Shown piece by piece: positions 1-16,500 of a stretch of 64,000 bases of DNA. The DNA is from Chrysomallon squamiferum (lineage: Eukaryota > Animalia > Mollusca): assembly GCA_012295275.1 (NCBI GenBank), contig CM022673.1, forward strand, positions 28,458,001 to 28,522,000, given 5' to 3'. Within the stretch, counting starts at the first letter, position 1, and every line of letters begins with the position of its first letter. Below the pieces are notes generated by a model. That model ran no database searches and was not told the DNA's origin. It was given only the letters and a program-made list of their open reading frames with translations. The position numbers and the translations under genes are program-made.

Positions 1-4398
<4,398 letters not shown>

Positions 4399-4772
4399 AA
4401 AAACGTGTTGTGTGGAACGTGTGCAGGTTGGTGTAAGGCAGTTGCTACGCATCATATTCAGATATTTCTGTTGACTTCTGGTGTCAATTGTTCTGTACTG
4501 TGTATTCTGGAAAAAAATGAAATGAGTACGATGAAGATTCATTTTGTTAAAAAAAAAGAATATCGAAGAACTGGGAATTTCATCAGCTCTTTCTGAACAC
4601 AAGATTTTTCCAAACTCATTTCATTTCCTTTAGGCAATAAGCAAAAAATGTAACAAAAACAATCCATATGTACACACACATACACACACACACTATATAT
4701 CATCATGACTGTGATAAATCTGCAGGCCTGCTTTTATTGTTGATGTTGTTGTCATTATCATCATCATCATCA

Positions 4773-4826
<54 letters not shown>

Positions 4827-5629
4827 TTGTTCTTATCGTTTTTGTTATTATTATTTATCTTTAAGATAGAGAACGTGACAGAATGAGAGAGAGATCTAAT
4901 AATGTGTTAGTGTTTCAAACTCAGTTGTATTTAGTCTCCAAATAACTATTTTGATCGTTATCTTGTTTCTGTTTGATAATTTTAAACACTCACACACATA
5001 CACACATCTGGGTTTTGTATTCAAAGGAAACACTCCAGATTACAAACATCTGACAAGTCATCAATATTTGGAGAGTTTTACCATCCGTCCTTTTGTCCAC
5101 TGAATATTGTTATTTTCTTAACATTATACACGTACAAAATAATGCTTTAACTTTTTACTACGTAGTTATATTTACCTCCGTGTACTACCTTTATTACAGC
5201 AGTTCTGATCTTCACAAAATGTCTGTATTTTGTGTGTAAACGAATCAGTAAGTTTTGTAAAGATTCAAAGATCTTGAACGATCAGCTCATATATCTAATA
5301 ATTGTTTATTCTTACATGATACACGATTTCTCGAGATAGCAGTGTGAGATATATAACTGTTTGAACGACAAAAACAAAATATTAATACATCTGCTGAATT
5401 TATTCAAATATCGTGTTTTTGTTGTTTCAAAATTCTCAAACCTGGTTTGAATTGCCGTACTAATGTCACCTACATTTCACAGTAGTATTTCTCAATCTAA
5501 ATTTTTCGTTATAGCAATAAATGTTAAAGCAATGTAATAAAGTCCTCAAGTTTTCTGTTTATTTGTAGGCAGTATCACAATTTGTCATCGTATGAATGTT
5601 ATACATGAAGTGAAACGTATTTCTGTCTT

Positions 5630-8387
5630 TTATTTTAAACCACACATTTCTAGCATTTCTTGAACAAGTGTATCCCTTTTGAAGAGACTTTTGTCAAGTG
5701 ATTTTGAACTTTGTAAATTTTCTATATGAATTCCACACAGAAAAAGGGTTCCTTTTCCATAAGAAAAATAAACAACTGCAGGTTGACCTGTTTGATGGTA
5801 ATATGCAAAAATGTTTTCTTCTGTTGTAATTTCGAAGTATCTGCTTTGAGCATCGCAGAAGAAACCATCAATGACCTCTTTTGGAGGTGATGACAAACGT
5901 AAAGATGTACTAGTATTAACCATCATTGGATGCACTGGAAAATAAAAATAAAAATAAAAAATATTAAATAGCTTTGTCTCACGTTTGGAATTGGATTTAC
6001 AAAGAGTATCTACATAAAGTTCCCAATAGTATGAATTTATAAATTTCTAGAACTTTTCTGAGTTTAATGAATAAATAAATAAATAAATACATTTTTAAAA
6101 TAATAAAGTAATAATGATAATGAAAGAAAAGAAAAGGAAACAAGATATTAATACATCTGAAATACTGTACGTGGATGAAATACTGACAACTATCTCGAAT
6201 TTACGAATAAAAGGATATAACTGTTATGGTCTATGTCTACATGCAGAACCTTTCTTAGGAAATAAATACAGCTAAAAACAATCATTTCGTTATAAATTTT
6301 ATAACAAATACAGCTCAAAACATTTATTTTACACCTGTTTTCAGATTTTTGTATACATTTATAATTAAAATGGCTATCGTCGAAATGAAACGAAGGAAAA
6401 GCTGACAATTAGGAGAAATTTACCTTTGAGTTTCAGTTGTGGAAACCAGGACTGAGCAAATACAGCTGTAGCTCCAATAAAGATAATGCCGCCACCATTT
6501 TTAACAAAACTTATGATATTTGAACTTTCAAAGGAGTGAACATGTAAAGCTGCTTCATCAACAAGAACGATTACTTGTACCTTTTTCAAAAAATTGCCTG
6601 AAGTTGAATAAATATATATTTTACAATCCCATAGTAAAGGAATAAATAATACATGATGAAATATAATATCTGTAAATATCCGCAAATTCAACTGAAATTA
6701 CACATTCGACTAATTTTATACATGTATTTCATAAAGTAAGCTCCCGCAATAGGCCTGTATAGAGAATTTTAGATATATGAGTTGTGAACAGTTAACACAT
6801 AATTAATCAATCAGCTAGCATTTGTTTAATGACATTCGGTTGTTGTAATTATCTCGAGCATATACTGTCGCATATTAGGCTTACATTTTTTTTTTTTTAA
6901 AAGAATATTAAAAGAACCAGATAAAAATATATTTTTTCAAGTTACCTGAAAATCATATTTTGTCTACAGTATTATATACAATTATTGTCTTTTCAGGCAG
7001 CATAATAACGTTTTATTTGCATTTTCCAAAAGGAAAGAACTCTAACCACTGAACTACAGCATATCACGCCCCTGCATAGACTTCTCGAATAATAACAACA
7101 ACAACAACAACAACAACAATAATAATAACAAAAAGTTCTGATTAACATTAAACTGTTGTCGCTCTGGTTTGAAGATAAAATAAAAAATAAGACCAATGAA
7201 CTAGTATTCCGTAAACTTGATGTAATCATCTCCAGCACTCGTTTACTACTACATGTTGCCAAACGGTTTCAAATTATCAGTATAGCAACTTGCCCCGCTG
7301 AAGATTCTTCACATCTGAACATTCTACAGCTGTGGACGTCTTATTCACAACAGAATGCAGCAAATCGTGGAACCTGCTGGAAAATTTGTTTTCTATGTTT
7401 GCTTTCTCTGTAAACACAACAGTTTGCGAAGTCTTAGGACGAAGCGACACAAGCTGATGCGGGAAAATCTCTTGTTGAATTCCGCCAGAGTCTACTTCAG
7501 CGAAAACAAAAAATTATTACTGTTGTGTAATAGAACAATATAAACAATATGTAATATTTTATTAATTTTATAACAACAACAATAGTCGGAGGAGGAAGAA
7601 AACTAAAATAATGATAATATTTGTTAAATAACACTTCAGTACATTTTCTTATTATATTACATCGGTATTAGATATTTGAACTGAATGTAACAACGATAAG
7701 AAAGATTATGCACTGACGTCATTTCATGATATTTTCCTATATTACATACAATGGACAGTTTGTAATTTTACCTTCCCATAGACCGGAAAACATTTACCAG
7801 TTGTAGAATACTTATATTACTTTTTATGTCATTTCTTGTTTTTAATATATATATATATATATAAAATATACACAAAATAAACAAGATGAAAACGTGATAA
7901 TGAAAAACCATCTCACACTCTAAAATCACCGTCCACGTATCAGTGATTTCAATAATGTTTGCATCGAGTGTGCTTCCTTCTTCCTCGCTGTGGACTGTAA
8001 CGCAGTCGCCGGGACGAAACAAAGTGTACTCAAGAAATTCTTCGTAAAGCTGTTCGGGCGATTTTTGAATATTAATTTCCAGCCGGTTGCACAGTTCAGC
8101 CAATAACGTCTCGCGACACACCGGCTTCCCGCCCAGTTCGCAAGCAACGCTTGTAGCGATTGGTGCAAGTGACGAGTCTCGTCTCAGATCAGAATTCACG
8201 TTTAAACCAATTCCGAGAATAAAGAGTTGAGTCTGAGGACACAAGTCTATGACAAGAAAAAAAAAAAAAAATGAAATAAAAAAATAAAAGAAATAACAAT
8301 ATTAAAAGAAAAGAAAAGAAATAAAAAATAATAAAATAAAACAACAAACAAACAAACAAACAAACCAAAACAAATAAATAAATAACA

Positions 8388-8460
<73 letters not shown>

Positions 8461-10890
8461 CAGTAATAAACGGTCTGTGCACGACGACTCTTTTCTAGAA
8501 CATATTGAGAAAAAAAAAAAAAAATGTCTCGACTGTCAAACGTAAACTCGGTTCTCAAACCGAAAGCCGGTGAGAAAATGTCTTCAGACAATGAGGAGGC
8601 AAGAGGGGATGTTCTGAGTTCATTAATCTGAGAAACGTGTTGAAAATGGAAAGCGTTACCACCACTGCAGAATAACCCTTTTCAGTGACAATGTCATCAG
8701 AAACATGTTCAAATGTAGGCAGAAACAAACTTCAATAAACAGTGAAACAGAAGTGCAATGAGTCTCAAACAGGTTATAAGTGGTGCAAAGAGCCAGAAAA
8801 GAAAACAGAAGGAGAGTTATTCAGACAATAATATCCCTCTTATTTACTTTCCCAACCACCTACGTTAATTGTTCTCCTCAGTACAGGTGAAATGCAATGA
8901 ACCTTTCATTTATTTATTCTATTTATTGTGTTTATAGTTTTTGTATGTAGTTTTATGGATGTAAGTATTATTATGTAGGCTTAGCGAAATATATTTTCTG
9001 TAAAATGCGTAATTCTGGAAGGGATTAATCCAGTTTATATTATTTCTTATAGAAAACAATTATTCGGTTTTCAAACAAATCGGTTTTAGATAAACTTTCT
9101 CGAAAGCATTAGGTACCACTGTAAACAAAAACCAAAAGAAAAAAAACCTGTAGTTTACCAGTACAACTATCAGTACAACAATTAATTACACTGAGAAATG
9201 AAGTCATAGACAATGCTAATTATCTCCCTTTACAGACAGTAATAGTTTGTAAACTTTCCTCAGAACGACAATGTTGTAATAGCGGAAAGTAGCAGTAGCG
9301 TAAATCATTACATACGTTACTAACCTGGAATTACGTAATCAGGAATTTCAACAAGAAATCCAGCAAGTTTGTGACCTCTGACCCAGAGATCGTTCGGCCA
9401 TTTAATCGTAACACGCTGAAGTCCCATAGCTTCCACTGCAGAACGTGCAGCCAGAGCAGCAGCAAGTTCTTGAACAAATGCTTCAAACTGATCCTGACGA
9501 ATAATTAGAATTTATAACCAACAATGTTTGTATCAAAACTGCATTTTTTTTAAACATAATATACCTACCTATGCATGCACATTTTTATTTTCTGTGGCTA
9601 TTATATATTTTTTTATATAGTGTCATATTTATGATTTTATATCTATATTTATATATATATATATACACAGTACTTACATAAAACATATATATATATATAT
9701 ATATACAGGGTGTCCCAGAAGTCACGCACCATGAAGATTTTTATTTAGATACACATAAATTAGTAGCGAAACCCTCAACAGAGTAAAAAACAGTTTTATA
9801 AAGAGAATTGAAGTATGTATCAATGCAGAGGGCAAGCAATTTGAGCATTTGTTATGATTATTATTAATACAAATTTTATTCATATGTATCTAAATAAAAA
9901 TCTTCATGGTGCGTGACTTGTATTATGTAAGTACTGTGTAGTGAAATATTACATAGCAAAGACTACTATATATATATATAACATTCGGTCTCACACAAAA
10001 GCACATATTCAAACAGACAGGTTATAAAAGTGATAACTACATTCAGATCCAAGTCTGGTTTAAATCTGTACATTTTTGGGGTTGTTATAAAAATTTAAAT
10101 GACCTTTCACTGAGAATTAACCTTAATCGAAAAGCTGAAAACTTTAGAGAGTTTTAACTACCACTACTGACAAAATTCACGGAATAACAACCATGTCGTT
10201 ATCCTTTGAAATTGGTATGTGGAGGATTAAAGAGGCGTATATGTTTCCGCTGTTAGTGGCGTTAAAACTGTGGCCTTTGTACCCTCTGGCTTTAGTCTGG
10301 TGCTCGCTCAGTATAAAGGTTCCATGCGAGGCTCCTGGAAGGAAGAATTATCTTTATTTTGGTGTCATTTATGATAAAAACTTGAATAGTAATTTTTTTT
10401 TTTTTTTATATATATATATACTTTGAAGTATAAAGAAGTTCATTTTATAAAATATGATGTCTGATTTTGTAAAATTAGAATTCTTAATGGGGTTGTGTTT
10501 ATATAATAATAAGACGAAGAAGACGATCAACAACAATAGTATTAGTAGTAGTAACAGTAGTAATAATAATTATGAATAACATGTAGGTACTGTGTAGTCA
10601 AATATTACATAGCAAATACTACTATGGACTACTATACATATGCAGACATATAAACATTATACATAAAAAGACATTCATGCATAAGCTACACATAAAACAC
10701 ACAAATATGCATTCAAACAAGAATACATGTTAGTTAACATAAACATTTTTCATACAACCTTTTTTGCAAGCTGCAGAGCATCGTCCATAGTGGTTTTCGT
10801 TGTTCGCTTATATACAAAATGTCGTCCAATGTGATTAGTCTTCAAGTTCTTCACGAAATTTTTAATATCAAATATATCCTTATCCTCCAT
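5630..10890 (-). CDS. Biotin-protein-ligase family protein (BirA-type catalytic domain + BPL_C + C-terminal BPL_N/class I GATase-like domain), ~484 aa; 1-nt frame discrepancy at the exon 1/2 junction
   Basis: Exons (minus): 10890-10759, 10334-10192, 9493-9325, 8246-7917, 7494(or 7491)-7294, 6597-6424, 5934-5630; sum 1454 nt, one short of a multiple of 3. Motifs: LKTNHIGRHFVYKRTTKTTMDDA, HGTFILSEHQTKARGYKG, GNIYASLIL, IKWPNDLWVRGHKLAGFLVE, ILGIGLNVN, ATSV, RETLLAELCNRLE, VSLRP. Then ISFVKNGGGIIFIGA and PAVVYFSYGKGTLFLCGIHIE...CGLK, which resemble BPL_N. Confidence 0.88.
9706..9919 (+). mobile_element. Internally deleted Tc1/mariner-superfamily element (MITE-like) in an intron of the biotin ligase gene
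   Basis: Starts TA|CAGGGTGTCCC. Perfect 34-bp inverted repeat at 9719-9752 and 9886-9919. Internal 9771-9857 translates TLNRVKNSFIKRIEVCINAEGKQFEHLL*, a typical Tc1/mariner transposase C-terminus. The outer part of the right TIR is missing. Confidence 0.85.
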
Positions 10891-11429
10891 TTTTCTTTCT
10901 TTTTCGCTATTTTTTTTTTCTTAAATGATAAACTATAGAAACTGATCGACCAAAGATTCAATGTTCTGAAAATAGAAAATTAAAACGATATTTAGGATCC
11001 ACGAATCAAATATATGACGAAATAATTTAACTGTTGATCGTCAAAGGAAACTGCTTTAGACACGTTATTTTATATCATACGTGTCTCTTGATCATCAACA
11101 GATTTCACAACGCTGTTCAAGAGTCTCATTCATCTTTGAGAATGTGGACGTGCTTTTATTTAAACTATAGTCCTTACGTGAAATTTATGTTTATCTTTAA
11201 GTTCAGTCCATAATAACTTATGCTAATTTCAGTTTGTAAACTTATATTGCTGGTGACTTATACTAGCCATGAGCTATTTAACATATCCCATAGATAACTG
11301 CTTATACCTAAGCACAGTGACATGCATTGTTTAAGGCATCTAGCACGGGGAATGTATATGAAAAACAAAGTAACAACAACAAAAACTATATAGTAATATG
11401 CTGGAGCATAGTACAATACAAGTAGCACT

Positions 11430-12050
11430 ATAGGCGTATTTTCTTGCCGAGCGAGATTCTAGTTAGCTTTTTTAACTTACGCTCTTTTAGTGCGGCAAAG
11501 ATTAGTAAAGCCAAACGCGGTTCAATAACCAAGCAGAAGACAACATACACTGCAGACACGAGAACGTGAAGGGATACAGTAACTAGCATATTCCACTAAG
11601 CGTGAAAACAGAAATGCACGAAGTATACAAGGCGAATTGCAGCTGAAGTGTTTGTTTCGTCTGCCTGTCATAGCCTTTAAGAAATTTAATAATAGGTCTA
11701 GATAATTTCTCTTAATCTTTAATGATACCCACTGATAGAAGTCGTGTACCTTTAACTTTCTGCTCCTTCACTTTTCGTCGGTGCTCTTTTAGGGGAGGAA
11801 ATCTTAGTAACAGATTGTGCGGGAACTGTAAGTGCCAAAATATTGCCGCCTGTTTGTTGTGATCTTAACGAAGTTATGTTGATTGTCATTTAACGTAATA
11901 CTTACCACTGACAAATCTAACTAACCAGTTCGATATCGTGTGTTTTAAGATATTCGTTTATAAAATGAATGGGTTTTGAACGATGCATTGATCTGTTACC
12001 GACTAATCTCAATTTCAGAATCTTCGTTTTCAACTTCGAACTTTTGTAAG
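11430..12050. promoter_or_regulatory. Probable bidirectional promoter / 5' non-coding exon region between the biotin ligase gene (-) and POLD1 (+)
   Basis: The genes are head-to-head and both start codons follow splice acceptors (minus 10966, plus ~13498-13505), so both need upstream non-coding exons. The segment is locally CpG-richer and has GTAAGT donors on both strands (plus 11828, 12046; minus 11905, 11480). Confidence 0.45.
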
Positions 12051-12801
12051 TTTGTTACTTTGTGGTTTATAATAACAATAACAATAACAATAACTAATAA
12101 TAGCAATAGCAACAACAATAACAATAACAATAACAACAATAATAATAACAACAATAATAATAATAAACTTGTGCTTATTTGCACAACAACGATATCAGTT
12201 TAACTGATTGCAGTGATTCGTTAAAAATACCATAATAATTATAATGATAATTATGATTTATTCAATAAATAATTATTTATTGTGATAGTTTTTATAATTA
12301 TATCAGGCAACATGTAATATATGTTATTTAATTTTATTGATGCCTGGTGGTGTGTGTACAGTGATAGGAGACCAAACAAGTCATAACCATTTGAATCTAT
12401 ATCATAAGCTATGAATCTGTATGATGGGTGAAATCATAGTGAGGTTGTAAATTTTATTGTCATAATAAAGTCATTTATTTGTAAAATCATTTATGTCATT
12501 TATTTGTAATGCAAAGGTACCCATAAACTGAAAACATCATTTTTAGAAAAATGCATTTGGTAAAATCCATTAATTCATAACTGTAACATGAGACCTGAAA
12601 ACAAACTTTGTGACAGAGGTTTCACATTAGTTTAAACTGTATGATAACAGATTTACTTATTTCAGCAAAATGTAATGAAGGAGGCATTGTTTATAATATG
12701 TAAACCTGATATTTTATCTTCATGTATTGTAAACAGGAGACTCCCTTCTTCTCACCACAGAAACATCTAAATATTACCTGTTAATGTTTTTGATTGAATA
12801 A

Positions 12802-12848
<47 letters not shown>

Positions 12849-13510
12849 ACACAGAGACACAGATACATATAAAATATAATATTCCAGACCAGGAACTCAT
12901 GTAATCTGATAATGGATTCTGTAAGAGAAGAGGCACTCCCTTGTTCACATTTAAACACTAATCATAATCCAAATACTTAACAACTAGATCGGTTTCAGTT
13001 TTCAACATAGATTTCATTTACAGTATTAAATAAAATATTTCAAAAATAAAATATTATTTTTCTTTTCATTTCCCAATAATGGCACTGAAATTGAAACTGA
13101 CTTTATGGATTTTATAAATGTATATATATAATATTAATACACTGATTATAAATATTCTGCGTTATCTTGATTATGAATTTCATCAACAGAAATCTTCTTG
13201 ACTCTTTTGGGAACTAACATGGGTGCTGCCTTATTTACATAAAATCAATATATATATATATATATAGACATTTAATGATTTATATGTATGCATATTATAT
13301 ATGTGTGGGTGTGGGTGGGGTATTTAATCATTTGAAATTTATTTTTATATTAGTATTGTGCTAGCCAGAGACTAAACAATAAAATAGTAAATCTCTTTCC
13401 AGAAGAGAATACTTTTATTTTTTGTTAAAAAGTTTTAACAAAAAATCACAAGTGAAGCATTCTGAGATATTAGATTTAATTTTCTTGTGTTTTTTTAGAT
13501 TTTAGTCATA

Positions 13511-16500
13511 ATGGATAAAAGGAAATCATTTCCCAATGGCTCTGGAGCAGTACCAAAGAAGAAGTTACGGTAATATTTAAGAATAATAATTGTTTTACAA
13601 CATCTTATAAAAATTGTCCTAAAGTGCTAAACAGATATTTTGTTTAACTGGTTTCAATTTAAAGATTTGATTCTTTTTCAATTTTGAAGACAGTTGTTGT
13701 TTGTTTTGCTTTTTTTTCTGTTGATTTCAAAATTACTCAGTGCAAATTGCTGAAAACATAATTATATACAAAGCTAAAGCTAGGTTTAAGCAAATTACTT
13801 AATCAGATTTTTAACGTAAAAATATGTGAAACTGCATTTTATTTTATTTTATTTTATTTGAATTATTTTATTTTATTTTATTTATTATGAAGGAACAATA
13901 TGGAGGAAGAAGATCCTTCGTCATTTGAGGCAGAACTGGCAATGATGGATGAGTTTGAAAGTGAATTCACAGAAGAGATGGTCTGTGCTGCAGCAGGAGA
14001 TCATTCTAGAGGTATTTACTGATATTAATAGTAACCATTCTTTACTAAACATAAAGTACAGCAACCTTTTAACGATGGCTTTTGTTAAGCAAAAATACAA
14101 ATGATGCAAAAACAATTGTGTATACAATTATATATTCTCAGATTCCACAAATAATTATATCTACATATAAAAAGTTTCATTATACAGAACATGATATATT
14201 GATTTGGCACTGAGAAAAACTACAAAATATGGCTTGGCTCTTACCACATTTTGAAATGAAAGCACATTTCTCACAATCTAAAACTGTGATGTTTATCAAG
14301 CTTTACCAGAAAGTGGAAATGACGAGATGATATTTGACTGACCATTACCAAGATTTTATTTGTGATAACTATTTTTTTTTAAATTTGTAGTGTTCTGTGA
14401 TGAAAGTGTTCATGTGTATCAGCTAATTTCTCTGTTTACAGGTGCTGGTCCTGAATCTACTTTAACAAACAGTAAGTGGGCTCGCCCACCTGTCCCACCC
14501 ATAGATTCTAACAGGGACAGTCTGGTGTTCAACCAGCTTGACTTGGATTACTATATTGGTAAGACACAGTTTTCAAGTTTTGATTTTCATATTTTAGATT
14601 TGATATGATGGTTTTTCACACAAAATATAGGAATTTCAGTTGTAACATAATAATTTTAGACAAAAAAAAAAATGTTGATCTTTGATTTATTTTTCATGTG
14701 AGATAAGATTTATTATTTTTTTTAAACAAAAAGAAGAAAAGTATTGGTTATTAGTGATTTTAGAAAGGAAATGTTTGAACTTATTTTAAACTTTCAAAAC
14801 AAGAATATTAAGTAAATGTTGTTTGTTGATAAAGAAAAACATTTGATTGTTGTTTAACTGAAAATGTGTCCTCTAATGACTAATAATTAATACTTTCTGA
14901 GTTACTTAAGTAATTCATTTTAATCATACAAGTTTAAAATAGTAAAACATCAGCAGAACCTTTGAAACAATACTTCTGGCTTCATTCTGTTTTAAAATAT
15001 TATCAAGTATCATTTATTATTATCCCATTTTTATATATATATAAAAAAATTAGAATACAAAATTTTATGTTAGAAAAGACTTTTAATCCAACAAAATTTC
15101 ATCAATAAAATATTAACCATTTTCGAGTCAAAAAATACAAAATTTCTTATATAAATAAACAAAAAAAATTTAAACAAAAAATTTATATACATTTTTTATT
15201 TATTTATTTATTTTTATTTTCTTATGAAGGTAAACATATGGATGGTATGCCAGGAGCCACAGTTGGGCCTGTGCCTGTTATTCGAATGTTCGGAGTTACT
15301 AAGGAAGGTAACAGTGTTCTTGCACACATCCACGGATTTGCACCTTATTTCTTTGTCCCTGCTCAACCAGGATTTAAGGAGGAACACTGTAATGTGTTCA
15401 AGGTGTGTTAAATGATGTTTATTAAGTAGCTTTTTCTTTTTAAAAAAAAAAAAAAAATTCTTAGAAAATAAGCGACATGTAATTGGGTCAGAATTGGTCC
15501 TGGTATGAATGCACAAAGGATCATGCCTCAGGGGTAGTTTTTTTTAAATCTCTAGTTTCTACTTTCCTGTCTGTTACAGTGTGATTACAAGACATGATGG
15601 CAGCATGTTTTGGGTTTGTTTTTTCTTCTTAAACATATATATATATGATCCGATTTATGTTATAGCTGTAGGTTTAAATCTTTGGAGCAAACTGTAAAAT
15701 TAAATATCTTAAGTTATTATTTGATATTACTGATCAACAAGAAGTTAAAGTTATCTTTAGTTGCCCAGTTATTTCTTGTAAAAAAAAAAAAAAGAAATAC
15801 ATCTTATGTACTGTTATTTTATTTTATAGTGTTATGTCTAAATAAATTTCAACCATTTCAGGATGCTCTTGATAACATGGTAAAGAAAGATATGAGGTCT
15901 AACAGAGAGAACGTTGTGCATGCAGTCCTTGCTGTGGATTATGTTTACAAAGAAAGTAAGTTTATATACTGCAAAATGTATTTTGTGTTTTATGGTTTAA
16001 AAGATAATTGTTAAATAGTGCAAATGTGCAATTAATTTTTTTAATTTTAATTTTGTTTTATTTTTTAAAATAAATATAAGAAATTTAATTAGCATGATTC
16101 TTAATAATGTTGTTTTTCTCTTTATTTTTTAAAATTTGTTTTAATTATTGTTTTTGTTGTTGTTGTTGTTTTAAAAACTATTGGTCTCATAGATGTTAAA
16201 TATTATGTTCATATATTTGTAGATTAATTAAATTAATTAATTCTGAACTGACAGCAGTTATTTCACTAAATATTTGATTTTTTAAAGTTAACATAATTAT
16301 TTCTAACAATAAATCTGCATGTATCTTTCTTGTCTCCAATCCATTTCAAGCTTATTATATTACTTTTATTCTTATATTACTTTTATATATTCAAATGCAA
16401 CAAAAAAGTATCTTTATTTTAATTTATTTTTTACCTTTTTCTTCCAGGTATTTATGGTTACCATGGAAACAGAAAAATTCCATTTTTGAAGATAACAATG

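Noticed and set aside
8500-8900. GC-richer intronic segment as an extra ligase exon or transposase fragment
   Set aside because: The flanking exons already join in phase, and I found no recognisable translation.
5630-10890. Bacterial contamination as the source of the BirA-like gene
   Set aside because: It has six spliceosomal introns with host-type microsatellites and a transposon, and lies between animal genes.
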